This document shows, piece after piece, positions 48,921 through 57,642 of a stretch of 64,000 bases of DNA. The notes under the pieces were generated by a model. It had not been told where the DNA came from, searched no databases, and saw only the letters and a list, made by a program, of their open reading frames with translations. Location: positions 11,828 through 75,827 of IMG/VR virus record IMGVR_UViG_3300030430_004473. One strand, 5' to 3'. The translations under genes and the position numbers were made by a program. Source of the stretch: a virus. Each line of letters opens with the position of its first letter. The first letter of the stretch is position 1.

Positions 48921-50854
48921 AATGGTATGAACAAATCAACGAATCAGGAATCCATTCAGTAGCTTCAGCACTCGGCCTAACGATCAGAAAAAATATGATT
49001 ACACCATGCCCAGCTTGTGGAGCTGAAAAAAGAGGAACAAACGACAAACGACCTCCAATTGGTTTCATTAAGAACCTCAAAGGCTGGACTTGTCACAAAT
49101 GCAAAGCAACCGGCAATATTATCGATCTCATAGCATATACACTTCAAGATAAACGATACAGAGAACTACCTAAAGAAGATCGTAAAAAAGTAATGAACTG
49201 GGCTGAAGAAAACAAACTTTATATCAATCAACAAGCTGAAACATTCAAGAAAATAATCAGTACTTACAACCTCACCGATCAACAAGTACCCACAAACAAC
49301 ACACCCGAAGAATCAAATAGCCCTTTCAAATGGGAAAAAGATATACATCTTAAATATCATAACAATCTTTATGATATGCCCTTTGGCCTTCACGTTATTG
49401 AATACTTATACGATTATAGAAAGATCAAAGATAACGTCATACGAAAATTTCAACTCGGAGCTATGCTTGACCAATTTGATAATATTTGGATCGTCATACC
49501 ACTACGAAACAAAGAAGGTGAAGTTATAAATCTCAAATTCCGATCACTTCCCAAACAGGATGAAAAAAAGAAAATACGACACTGTAGCGGTCGACCTATG
49601 ACTCTATTTAATATAGATAACCTTGATCATCATTATGATACCAATATAATCATTACTGAAGGGGAATTTGATGTACTAGCATATCTATCAGCTAACCCAA
49701 ATGTAAACGTCTGTTCTGGTACTACGGGGGCCAAATCCAACTGGCCTGATGATTGGCTAGACGCTATCGAACCCTTTGAAAATATCTATATCAATTATGA
49801 TGATGATGAAACCGGTAAAGAAGGAGCTGATAAACTTTCATCAAAACTCGGAAAAGAAAGATGTTACAAAATGAAATGCGATACATACAACGACTTCAAT
49901 GAATACATTATGAATAATGAGGAAACGAAATGGCTTGATGATATTCAAAAGTTTATAAACAAAGCTGTATCCTTTCAAGAACATATTGCTCTCAAAACCG
50001 TAAGCGACTATCTTGATGAACTCGAAGATCTTATATCAAATCCTCAACAACTCAGAGGACTCAAAACTTCATCCGCTAGAATAGATTCATGTGCCGGTGG
50101 CATAGGGGCCGGCTTATGGGTTATCACCGGTGACACAGGACACGGTAAAACAACATGGGCCACCTTTGAATGTTGGTATCAAGCTCAACAAGGCGTTCCT
50201 ATCATGCTAACCTCTTTCGAACAATCTCCAATCGGAACATGTCAAAAACTTCTCAGGTGCCAACTCGGGCAGGACTTCACAAAAGTATCTAAAGAACAAC
50301 GAAGAACAGCTATGAACCAACTCGGAGCTATGCCTCTTTATATCCTCGATCAATATGGAAACGCTCTACTACAAGATATCATATCCTCTATTAAATACGC
50401 TCAAAGAAGATACAACATCAAAATAGCACTTATCGATCATCTAGGTTTTCTCATAAATACAGACCAAAACACTGATGAACGCAGAGAAATAGAAGCTGCT
50501 GTTAGAGAACTCGCCACCATAGCTATCGCTTCTCAACTAACTATATTCCTCATATGTCACCCTAATAACCTTTCAAACGTGCAACAACGCAGAGTTAAAA
50601 TATCTGACCTCAAAGGTGCTTCAGCAATAAAACAAGACGCTCACGTTGGGGTAGTAGTACAACGTCAACCTATAACAACAGAAAGACCATACCCAACAAC
50701 TACTCTATTCTTTGATAAAGTTAGATCCGAATTCGGGCAAGCAGGCTCCCACTGTACTCTAGCTTTCGATCCCATAGCATGTGTTTATAAAGATGAATGG
50801 GTATCCACACCAGCTGCTCAAAGAGGGGCCAAAATAATCGTACCAAATAAATAA
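48917..50854 (+). CDS. primase-helicase (T7 gp4/Twinkle-like)
   Basis: Zn finger CPAC...CHKC, TOPRIM ITEGEFD and YDDDETG, Walker A GDTGHGKT, IDHL, LKGASAIKQ. Confidence 0.92.
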   Translation: MKWYEQINESGIHSVASALGLTIRKNMITPCPACGAEKRGTNDKRPPIGFIKNLKGWTCHKCKATGNIIDLIAYTLQDKRYRELPKEDRKKVMNWAEENKLYINQQAETFKKIISTYNLTDQQVPTNNTPEESNSPFKWEKDIHLKYHNNLYDMPFGLHVIEYLYDYRKIKDNVIRKFQLGAMLDQFDNIWIVIPLRNKEGEVINLKFRSLPKQDEKKKIRHCSGRPMTLFNIDNLDHHYDTNIIITEGEFDVLAYLSANPNVNVCSGTTGAKSNWPDDWLDAIEPFENIYINYDDDETGKEGADKLSSKLGKERCYKMKCDTYNDFNEYIMNNEETKWLDDIQKFINKAVSFQEHIALKTVSDYLDELEDLISNPQQLRGLKTSSARIDSCAGGIGAGLWVITGDTGHGKTTWATFECWYQAQQGVPIMLTSFEQSPIGTCQKLLRCQLGQDFTKVSKEQRRTAMNQLGAMPLYILDQYGNALLQDIISSIKYAQRRYNIKIALIDHLGFLINTDQNTDERREIEAAVRELATIAIASQLTIFLICHPNNLSNVQQRRVKISDLKGASAIKQDAHVGVVVQRQPITTERPYPTTTLFFDKVRSEFGQAGSHCTLAFDPIACVYKDEWVSTPAAQRGAKIIVPNK

Positions 50855-50873
50855 CAAAGAACAGGAAACTAAC

Positions 50874-51647
50874 ATGAAATTATTACATGGTGATTGTCTT
50901 GAACTGATGAAAAACATTGAAGATCAAAGTATCGACATGATTCTATGCGATCTTCCTTATGGTACTACAGCTTGTAAATGGGATACTGTAATACCGTTTG
51001 ATCTTCTTTGGCACCAATATGAACGAATTATTAAAACAAATGGAGCTATAGTTTTGTTTGGTCAAGAGCCTTTTTCTTCTCATCTCAGACTAAGCAACTT
51101 AAATCTTTATAAATATGATTGGATATGGAAAAAGTCTAACCCATCAAACATAGCACTAGCTAACAAACAACCTATGCGATATCATGAACTCATATCTGTA
51201 TTCTATAAAAAACAACCAACCTATAACAAACAAATGATTCAAAGATCTGAAAATGGATCTAAAGCTATAAAAACACAACAAAAAAGCGGTAAACCATTTG
51301 TAAATAGACGCAGTGAACAAACAGGACTTAAACATATTGAAATAGATCCTAACAAATATAACACAAAACTCAAAAATCCATCTACCATATTAGAATTTAA
51401 CTCTTTACGCCCTACATCTAAAGAATTCGTAAAACATCCAACTCAGAAACCAATATCACTACTTCAATATCTCATTCTTACATACACAAACGAAAATGAA
51501 ATTGTATTGGATAATTGCATGGGTAGTGGAAGCACTGGTATAGCTGCATACAATCTTAAACGTCAATTTATCGGTATCGAAAAAGATAACACCTACTTCA
51601 ATCTTGCAAAAGAACGTATTCAAGATCATCAATGGAAACTATTCTAA
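50874..51647 (+). CDS. DNA N6/N4 methyltransferase (beta class)
   Basis: ILCDLPYG, HPTQKP, LDNCMGSGSTG. Confidence 0.92.
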   Translation: MKLLHGDCLELMKNIEDQSIDMILCDLPYGTTACKWDTVIPFDLLWHQYERIIKTNGAIVLFGQEPFSSHLRLSNLNLYKYDWIWKKSNPSNIALANKQPMRYHELISVFYKKQPTYNKQMIQRSENGSKAIKTQQKSGKPFVNRRSEQTGLKHIEIDPNKYNTKLKNPSTILEFNSLRPTSKEFVKHPTQKPISLLQYLILTYTNENEIVLDNCMGSGSTGIAAYNLKRQFIGIEKDNTYFNLAKERIQDHQWKLF

Positions 51648-51661
51648 AATAAAGGAACATC

Positions 51662-52102
51662 ATGACAAACTTCTTTCAATCCACAAAACGATTCTCCGGA
51701 TATTCGGTAGCTTTCAGACAGTACAAAGCCACACACTCTCATTGTCAATACATACATGGATACTCGCTTGAATTCATAGCTACCTTTCAAGGACAACTTG
51801 ATCAATATAACTGGGTCAATGACTTCGGTATATTCTCAAAAAATGGCACCAAACAACAACTAAAATATATGTTCGACCATACAACCCTCGTAGATGAAAA
51901 CGATCCACACATCAATATCTTTCAAACTCTTCATCATAAAAAAATCATTCAAATGAGAGTCGTGGAAAACCTATCATCTGAATACTTCGCTAAAATCGTG
52001 TTCGATATCCTTTCTGAACAAAATACCGATCTCATGAAATGTATCAAAGTAGAATGTATCGAAAACAAAAATAACTCAGCTTCTTATTCAATAGGAATAT
52101 AA
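51662..52102 (+). CDS. queD: 6-carboxy-5,6,7,8-tetrahydropterin synthase
   Basis: HCQYIHGY, W..DFG, FDHT, SSE.FA, E...NSA. Confidence 0.88.
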   Translation: MTNFFQSTKRFSGYSVAFRQYKATHSHCQYIHGYSLEFIATFQGQLDQYNWVNDFGIFSKNGTKQQLKYMFDHTTLVDENDPHINIFQTLHHKKIIQMRVVENLSSEYFAKIVFDILSEQNTDLMKCIKVECIENKNNSASYSIGI

Positions 52103-52104
52103 TC

Positions 52105-52374
52105 ATGAACAACTTAAACAACCAAATAACCATAGCTTATAAATGCAACCTCAATAAAATAGATGATGAACTCAAAGACCAAAAACTTACAACTCTATTA
52201 CAAGCAGGATACGAAATAAAAAGTATCATCCCTGTCGAAGATTCCGGTATTCCTACCGCTATCCTGATTCTAAATAAAAACAACAATAACAAAAAACCTT
52301 ACACGATCATACACTTTCTTACATTCTTATTCTGTTCTTTACACTTAATTTTCATGTTCTTACAAACTACATAA
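52105..52374 (+). CDS. small protein with C-terminal TM segment
   Basis: Hydrophobic C-terminus; AGGA RBS. Confidence 0.55.
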   Translation: MNNLNNQITIAYKCNLNKIDDELKDQKLTTLLQAGYEIKSIIPVEDSGIPTAILILNKNNNNKKPYTIIHFLTFLFCSLHLIFMFLQTT

Positions 52375-52559
52375 AAACTAGCAAAATCTCAACATCTATA
52401 TTCATTCGATTACTACTAAACAAAATACAAACTTACACATCAAGCTTTTTCATGTTAAATTACTTCTATATTATAGTCTCAAAATATGTATCCTTTTGTT
52501 CGATACATGAAGCTGTTTCTATGATTCTGTAAAGTGTAATGTTCAATGAGGTACATGAT

Positions 52560-53312
52560 ATGAGTAAGTCAAAAGAATCGAAAATAAAGCTATCTATGGC
52601 AATCTATGAAAATGAGAAAGAACAAGCTCATAGAGCATTTTTGCTTTTTGCTATGCAAGCTCCAAACAAACGAAGTCAAAGAGCGGTAGCTAAAGCGGTT
52701 GGATGTTCGGCCCCTTCAATTGGTGAATGGAAAAAACGGTTTGAATGGGAAGAACGGATCAAAGAGGCCGGACCAGCTCATGATTCAATCGCACAGAAAA
52801 CATATAATGAATTATATTTCAAAAAAAATGGAATGAGGGAAATCGCAGTAATCGAAAAGAGAATATTGGCACCAATTTCTGTTGTTGGAACGACTTCCAG
52901 GCCGATAGGCGAACAAGTTATTAAAACGGTCGAGCAGTCAGTGAGTACTGTCAAAGAAAATAAAGAATCTACATTATTTGATGATCAAATGAAAGCTAGA
53001 CACTTGGATCTTGTGGACCGATCAATTCAATATATATCTGATTGTTTACAAACCGGTGATGTAAAAGTAACACTGAGAGATTTGCCGGTAATGTTGGATC
53101 TTCGAGATCATTTAACAGGAAAAGTCAAAGAAGATGAGGCCAAAGGTGGATCGATAGTTATAGAAACAATCCGAGTAAAAGACGCAAAGAAGTCTGGAGG
53201 CGATCTGATTCAAGCTATGCTGGAAGATTCAAAAGAGTTAGTAGCAATATTTGAAAGCTTATCATTACAAGGGAAGTACAATCCAAAGGAGGATATAAAT
53301 GCCGGAGAATGA
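52560..53312 (+). CDS. terminase small subunit-like HTH protein
   Basis: E...AHRAF..F......RSQRAVAKAVG.S...I.EWK.RFEWEER pattern of TerS-like proteins. Confidence 0.55.
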   Translation: MSKSKESKIKLSMAIYENEKEQAHRAFLLFAMQAPNKRSQRAVAKAVGCSAPSIGEWKKRFEWEERIKEAGPAHDSIAQKTYNELYFKKNGMREIAVIEKRILAPISVVGTTSRPIGEQVIKTVEQSVSTVKENKESTLFDDQMKARHLDLVDRSIQYISDCLQTGDVKVTLRDLPVMLDLRDHLTGKVKEDEAKGGSIVIETIRVKDAKKSGGDLIQAMLEDSKELVAIFESLSLQGKYNPKEDINAGE

Positions 53313-53691
53313 TCGATTAACAAGCACCATAGATCGCTTGATCAGAGGTGATACGAGAAGTTTAGATAGCGATATAAATCCGTTACAACTACCAAATCAA
53401 GATAAAATCCTACGTCATTACACGTTAGGAGGCCCAGAATCTGATCGTGATGTTAGAATGTATTTGGAGCTAGCCGATCTGTTGAAGCTCGTAGAGATAG
53501 CTAAGAAGTCAACGATAAATAGAGTGGTCTTACCGAGAGCTGGCGTTACTCTAACAGTTAGAGAGTCACATGGTGGCCATGTTTATGAAACTTTACATTT
53601 GGTTTCCGGAATGCCACTACCAGAGGTCGGACCAGAAAACATGAGTATCAAAGCTCCTGTGAATGTATCGCAGTGGGATATGAAGAAGTAA
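53299..53691 (+). CDS. hypothetical protein
   Basis: AGGAGG RBS; overlaps the previous gene. Confidence 0.7.
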   Translation: MPENDRLTSTIDRLIRGDTRSLDSDINPLQLPNQDKILRHYTLGGPESDRDVRMYLELADLLKLVEIAKKSTINRVVLPRAGVTLTVRESHGGHVYETLHLVSGMPLPEVGPENMSIKAPVNVSQWDMKK

Positions 53692-54252
53692 GCTGATATA
53701 GCAGTAGATCAATATTGCCAAGATGATCTTTTTAGATCGTATGATCCTTTGTCTAAGCTAAAGCATAGACGTGTGTCTTTTTTTCTTTTTTCTTTTACTT
53801 TTTTCTAGATCTAGATGAATCTGGTGAAGCTGCTAGAGCAGATCAATCCCATGTTAAGCAAAAAAACGCTCAATAATATTTGTTGTTCATTTTATTTGGG
53901 CTGAAAAAACTATGATACCTTGTTGAATCAGCTTATTAAAAACTATGTAGAGAGCCTGGAATGTCCTTGTTTAGTGCATGGTAGTGCGGAATAAATCTTT
54001 TTACTCGTATCGCTAAACCTTTGGAAGTTACTTGACCATATAGGGATTTCACTATTCAGCTCTTCAGTGCTCCACTTCGCTATAAACGTGCATATTCCAT
54101 ACACAAGCTCGGCTTATTTTGTAAAGAGCCTATCATAACCAGGCCTTAAATCCGTAATCTCAAAGGAGATATTTGGAAGTGTTGATATAATAGCAAAGAA
54201 GATCCTATTTATACAAGTAAAATAAAAAAAAAAATAATTTCAAAAAAAGTGC

Positions 54253-54281
54253 TTGACATATCACGATATGTATTATAAGAT
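54253..54281 (+). promoter_or_regulatory. strong sigma70 promoter with operator and upstream A-tracts
   Basis: TTGACA-TATCACGATATGTATTA-TAAGAT. Confidence 0.85.
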
Positions 54282-54313
54282 AATTACATAACCAATCAAC
54301 AGCGGAGCTTATT

Positions 54314-54493
54314 ATGTCTTATTACTCATCTTATCTCTATCAAGCTAGACAACAAGCATGGAAGATTATCCATGCCAAAGAGAGCTGGAAGAAATCATCT
54401 TTAATGAATGAGCTTGTGAATGGTACTTGGAAGTACCTCACAAAGAAAGAGAAAGATGAAATTATAGAGCTTATCAAAAGAGAGGGGAAATAA
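54314..54493 (+). CDS. 59-aa early-type microprotein
   Basis: GCGGAG RBS; open frame MSYYSS...EGK. Confidence 0.65.
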   Translation: MSYYSSYLYQARQQAWKIIHAKESWKKSSLMNELVNGTWKYLTKKEKDEIIELIKREGK

Positions 54494-54494
54494 C

Positions 54495-54653
54495 ATGAAA
54501 GATATCATGAAAATAATGAAAAAGGCCAAAGGACTGGACCGCAAAGCTCACTTTGAAAACGGTGGTACAGTAGCGAGCTGGCGAGGAAGAAAGAATATAT
54601 ATAAGAATAAGAAAAAATATACTCGTAAGACCAAACATAAAAAAGGAGAATAA
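54495..54653 (+). CDS. 52-aa basic microprotein, ArfA/BrfA-like
   Basis: MKDIMKIMKKAKGLDRKAHFENGGTVASWRGRKNIYKNKKKYTRKTKHKKGE; GAGGGG RBS. Confidence 0.6.
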   Translation: MKDIMKIMKKAKGLDRKAHFENGGTVASWRGRKNIYKNKKKYTRKTKHKKGE

Positions 54654-55025
54654 ATGTCTGTATCTTTCTATTCAAGTGATTATAAAGTCGATTGTAATTT
54701 TAGCAATCGAAACTTTTCAGATATCTGGAAACTTCTCGGATTCAATCTGGATGATGAGAGCTGGTTCGGAGAAATGTCACCAATCGTTTTGATGGGCCGT
54801 GTTCAAACAGCTCAGAAGAACACTGTAGCCCAAGCAGTAAGGCCGGCCTTAGTAGATGAAGGCGAACAGTACTTTAGCCTAGAATCTGGTAATCTGGAGC
54901 TTGAAAGATATGCTACTTTAATTGATTGTGGCAGTACTGAAGGGCAGATCTATAATAGACTAGAAAGGTTAGAAGCTGTATGTCGTTACTGTATTCAAAA
55001 CGATCAGCAAATTCAATGGGCATGA
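54654..55025 (+). CDS. hypothetical early-type protein
   Basis: AAGGAG RBS; NFSNRN..LLG...I.WA. Confidence 0.75.
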   Translation: MSVSFYSSDYKVDCNFSNRNFSDIWKLLGFNLDDESWFGEMSPIVLMGRVQTAQKNTVAQAVRPALVDEGEQYFSLESGNLELERYATLIDCGSTEGQIYNRLERLEAVCRYCIQNDQQIQWA

Positions 55026-55064
55026 TCTTTTTTTCAAATAATTACATTTTTTTTATTTATATGC

Positions 55065-55093
55065 TTGACATAATACGAAACGTGTTATAAAAT
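55065..55093 (+). promoter_or_regulatory. strong sigma70 promoter with operator
   Basis: TTGACA-TAATACGAAACGTGTTA-TAAAAT. Confidence 0.85.
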
Positions 55094-55122
55094 ATATATA
55101 TAAGTTAATGACGGAGTTTAAA

Positions 55123-55281
55123 ATGACAATCACAATCGAAATCATAAACGAAACAACGATAATCAGAACACTAGGCATGACATTCTATTTAGTAGATGGT
55201 CAAGTGGTAGATTCACTAGATGAAGAAACTAGAGACCTAGAATGGAATAGTTTGGAAGAATTCATAGAGTCTTGGAAATAA
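55123..55281 (+). CDS. 52-aa acidic microprotein
   Basis: GACGGAG RBS; open frame. Confidence 0.6.
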   Translation: MTITIEIINETTIIRTLGMTFYLVDGQVVDSLDEETRDLEWNSLEEFIESWK

Positions 55282-55306
55282 TCAAAATAAACAATAAGGA
55301 GCTGAC

Positions 55307-55477
55307 ATGCTTAATATCAATACAATCAACAATACAACTACAATAACCTTCACCGGAAAGCTTCAACGTGTAGCAGCTGCGAAGTACTTCCAAAAGCTTC
55401 TCGGATTAAATCTATCTCAAGCTCTCTTGAAAGTTCAGGAACTTAGAAACAATGGATATATTATCATAGTCCTATAA
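55307..55477 (+). CDS. 56-aa microprotein with weak L7/L12-CTD-like motif
   Basis: AAGGAG RBS; RVAAAKYFQKLLGLNLSQALLKVQ. Confidence 0.55.
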   Translation: MLNINTINNTTTITFTGKLQRVAAAKYFQKLLGLNLSQALLKVQELRNNGYIIIVL

Positions 55478-55576
55478 AAAAATATAAAATAAATTAAATA
55501 AAAGTGATACTTTTATTTGCAAGTAATAATACAAAATGCTATATAATAGTATCACTTCAACACAACGGAGAAAATT

Positions 55577-55735
55577 ATGTTTGGTATCGGAGATAGAGTT
55601 TTTCATCAAACCTTAGGCTATGGTGTTATTAAATGGGAAGTGTCCTGTTTAAATGACTGGTACACAGTTAAATTTGATAGCGGAATAGAGCGAAATATAA
55701 AAGGCACTCGATTGCTTCATCTTTGGGAGGTGTAA
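55577..55735 (+). CDS. 52-aa stand-alone PcrA/UvrD-CTD-like Tudor domain
   Basis: MFGIGDRVFHQTLGYGVI...YTVKFDSGIERNI; ACAACGGAG leader. Confidence 0.6.
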   Translation: MFGIGDRVFHQTLGYGVIKWEVSCLNDWYTVKFDSGIERNIKGTRLLHLWEV

Positions 55736-55736
55736 A

Positions 55737-55940
55737 ATGTATTTACTTTCAATAACTGTATCAGGACAGGACACAGAATTTTATCTATTCAATACTGAGT
55801 CAGCAGCTAGGCTATATCTAGCTGGTATCCTAAAAGAATCAGCAGCTGAATACAAGATCTTGTATCTAAACGATCAGCATATAAATAACTATAACCATGT
55901 TCGAGAAAATAATGTATACGGCATTGATATCCAAACTTGA
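55737..55940 (+). CDS. hypothetical protein
   Basis: GGAGG RBS. Confidence 0.6.
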   Translation: MYLLSITVSGQDTEFYLFNTESAARLYLAGILKESAAEYKILYLNDQHINNYNHVRENNVYGIDIQT

Positions 55941-56216
55941 TATTCAAGAGGCCGGCTTCGGCCTGGATGAAGCTTCTATAACCAAATATGGGGAGCTTCA
56001 TCTATTTCCAGATAAACGAGGATCTTTATATTGGAAAGATTCCGGTACACAAATAACATTTGTTTTCATACTGCTACCAAAGGAGCTAACATGAATCCAC
56101 TATCATCCAGAAGGTACACAGAACTAGCTGATAAAGCGTCTTATGTTATGACGTTGCTAGCTCGATACCTAGAACTCAAAATAGAACAACTAGAACAGAA
56201 TAAAGGAGATAAATAA

Positions 56217-56825
56217 ATGAATATTATACCAATTGAAACACTGAAACAAATGATAGAAGAAGCTTCAGATATCGATCAACTGTTAGAAGTAGATAAGATC
56301 GTCAAAGATCAAAAGAACTTCTATAGAAGAACCTATATGAAAAACATGAGTAAGCTCAATGATATATGGCAGAATTTAGGTCATACGTTGATTGATCCAT
56401 CTACTAGACAGATATCAAATGACTTCTGTTTGAGTACCGTAGAACAGTATTTTAAGCAGATTCCAGCTACATTAAAGAATGACGTTGATGATATTGAAAA
56501 GATACAGCTGCAGCTTGAACACTTATTGAAAAGAATAACAGATCGATATGGTGAAATGAGAAGAAATAACTTTACACAACAGATCATAGAAGAAGATCAA
56601 GTATTCTATAACGAGATAAAAGACTATTCAGTTAATGAATTAGAAACACTGAAAGAACAGATTGAAATAAAGATGGTTGTACTACTTGAAGAAAAACAGC
56701 TCATTGAAAAGAATCATAGAAAGATGAATATAGAAGATGAAATAAGAAGTTACAACTTATTGATCAACAAATTAGATCTTCGTATCCGAATCATTGATCA
56801 TATTACAGAAAAAAGAAGTGCATAA
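56217..56825 (+). CDS. coiled-coil hypothetical protein
   Basis: AAGGAG RBS, 202 aa. Confidence 0.75.
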   Translation: MNIIPIETLKQMIEEASDIDQLLEVDKIVKDQKNFYRRTYMKNMSKLNDIWQNLGHTLIDPSTRQISNDFCLSTVEQYFKQIPATLKNDVDDIEKIQLQLEHLLKRITDRYGEMRRNNFTQQIIEEDQVFYNEIKDYSVNELETLKEQIEIKMVVLLEEKQLIEKNHRKMNIEDEIRSYNLLINKLDLRIRIIDHITEKRSA

Positions 56826-56939
56826 TCTATCATTGTGTGTTATTCTGTAGAAACTTAATCATTATTTTTTTAATTCGGAGCTAATCGCTCCCTTAACTAG
56901 AATCAAAAAATATAGATTGTTTTTATTTATTTTCGTATG

Positions 56940-56975
56940 AAGTAGGATCTTGTGGATAGATCCTACTTTTTTTTT
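56940..56975 (+). terminator. intrinsic terminator
   Basis: AAGTAGGATCT/AGATCCTACTT perfect stem plus a T run. Confidence 0.85.
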
Positions 56976-57048
56976 GGGCCAGGCCGTTCGGATATAACGA
57001 CATACAATATTTTTTTTGAAATAAATATAAAAAAAGTTTATTATTTGC

Positions 57049-57077
57049 TTGACATAATACGTTCTGTGTTATAAGAT
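57049..57077 (+). promoter_or_regulatory. strong sigma70 promoter with operator
   Basis: TTGACA-TAATACGTTCTGTGTTA-TAAGAT. Confidence 0.85.
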
Positions 57078-57130
57078 TACTATATAAGCAATCAACAACA
57101 ACTTTAAACTTAAAAAATCGGAGATTAAAA

Positions 57131-57313
57131 ATGTCTTACATCACTATCGACACCGCTAACAACCTTGTAACCTTTGATATCATTGGTTCAGCTGATGACT
57201 TCACCTTTTTGGATGTAGTTAAGACCATAAAGTTCGCAGGTTTCGGCCTTGCCGTAGCTGTCCCAGCAGCTCGAATCTTGGTAGCTTCTGGTTCTATCAC
57301 AATCGCTAAATAA
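57131..57313 (+). CDS. small early-type protein
   Basis: TCGGAG RBS; followed by a GC hairpin. Confidence 0.7.
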   Translation: MSYITIDTANNLVTFDIIGSADDFTFLDVVKTIKFAGFGLAVAVPAARILVASGSITIAK

Positions 57314-57357
57314 TCAACTAACAAGGGGCCACGGCCCCTATTACAACGGAGATAAAA

Positions 57358-57642
57358 ATGATTCTAGTAACAAATATCATCTGTCAATTTGGAGATATAC
57401 CAACATCACTTCAAATTGATACAAATGAAGTAGATGTTGAAGATATAGAAACCATAGTACAATACATACAAGATGAATATCTTGATAATGTTATCAGCTT
57501 TGATATGAATGGTGAAACATACGATTTTTCAAGTTATTATGATTCAGATGATGATTCAGACTATCAAAGCAATCTCGTACCAGATAATAGTCATTATGAA
57601 GATATGGATGGGGAATGGCAACCTTACAGAAGTAACAGATAA
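57358..57642 (+). CDS. highly acidic protein (DNA-mimic candidate)
   Basis: ACAACGGAG leader; D/E-rich with almost no K/R. Confidence 0.7.
   Translation: MILVTNIICQFGDIPTSLQIDTNEVDVEDIETIVQYIQDEYLDNVISFDMNGETYDFSSYYDSDDDSDYQSNLVPDNSHYEDMDGEWQPYRSNR

Noticed and set aside
53692-54250. tRNA or tmRNA genes in the long gap
   Set aside because: No T-loop GTTCRA within a cloverleaf or CCA-ended acceptor stem was found by eye.
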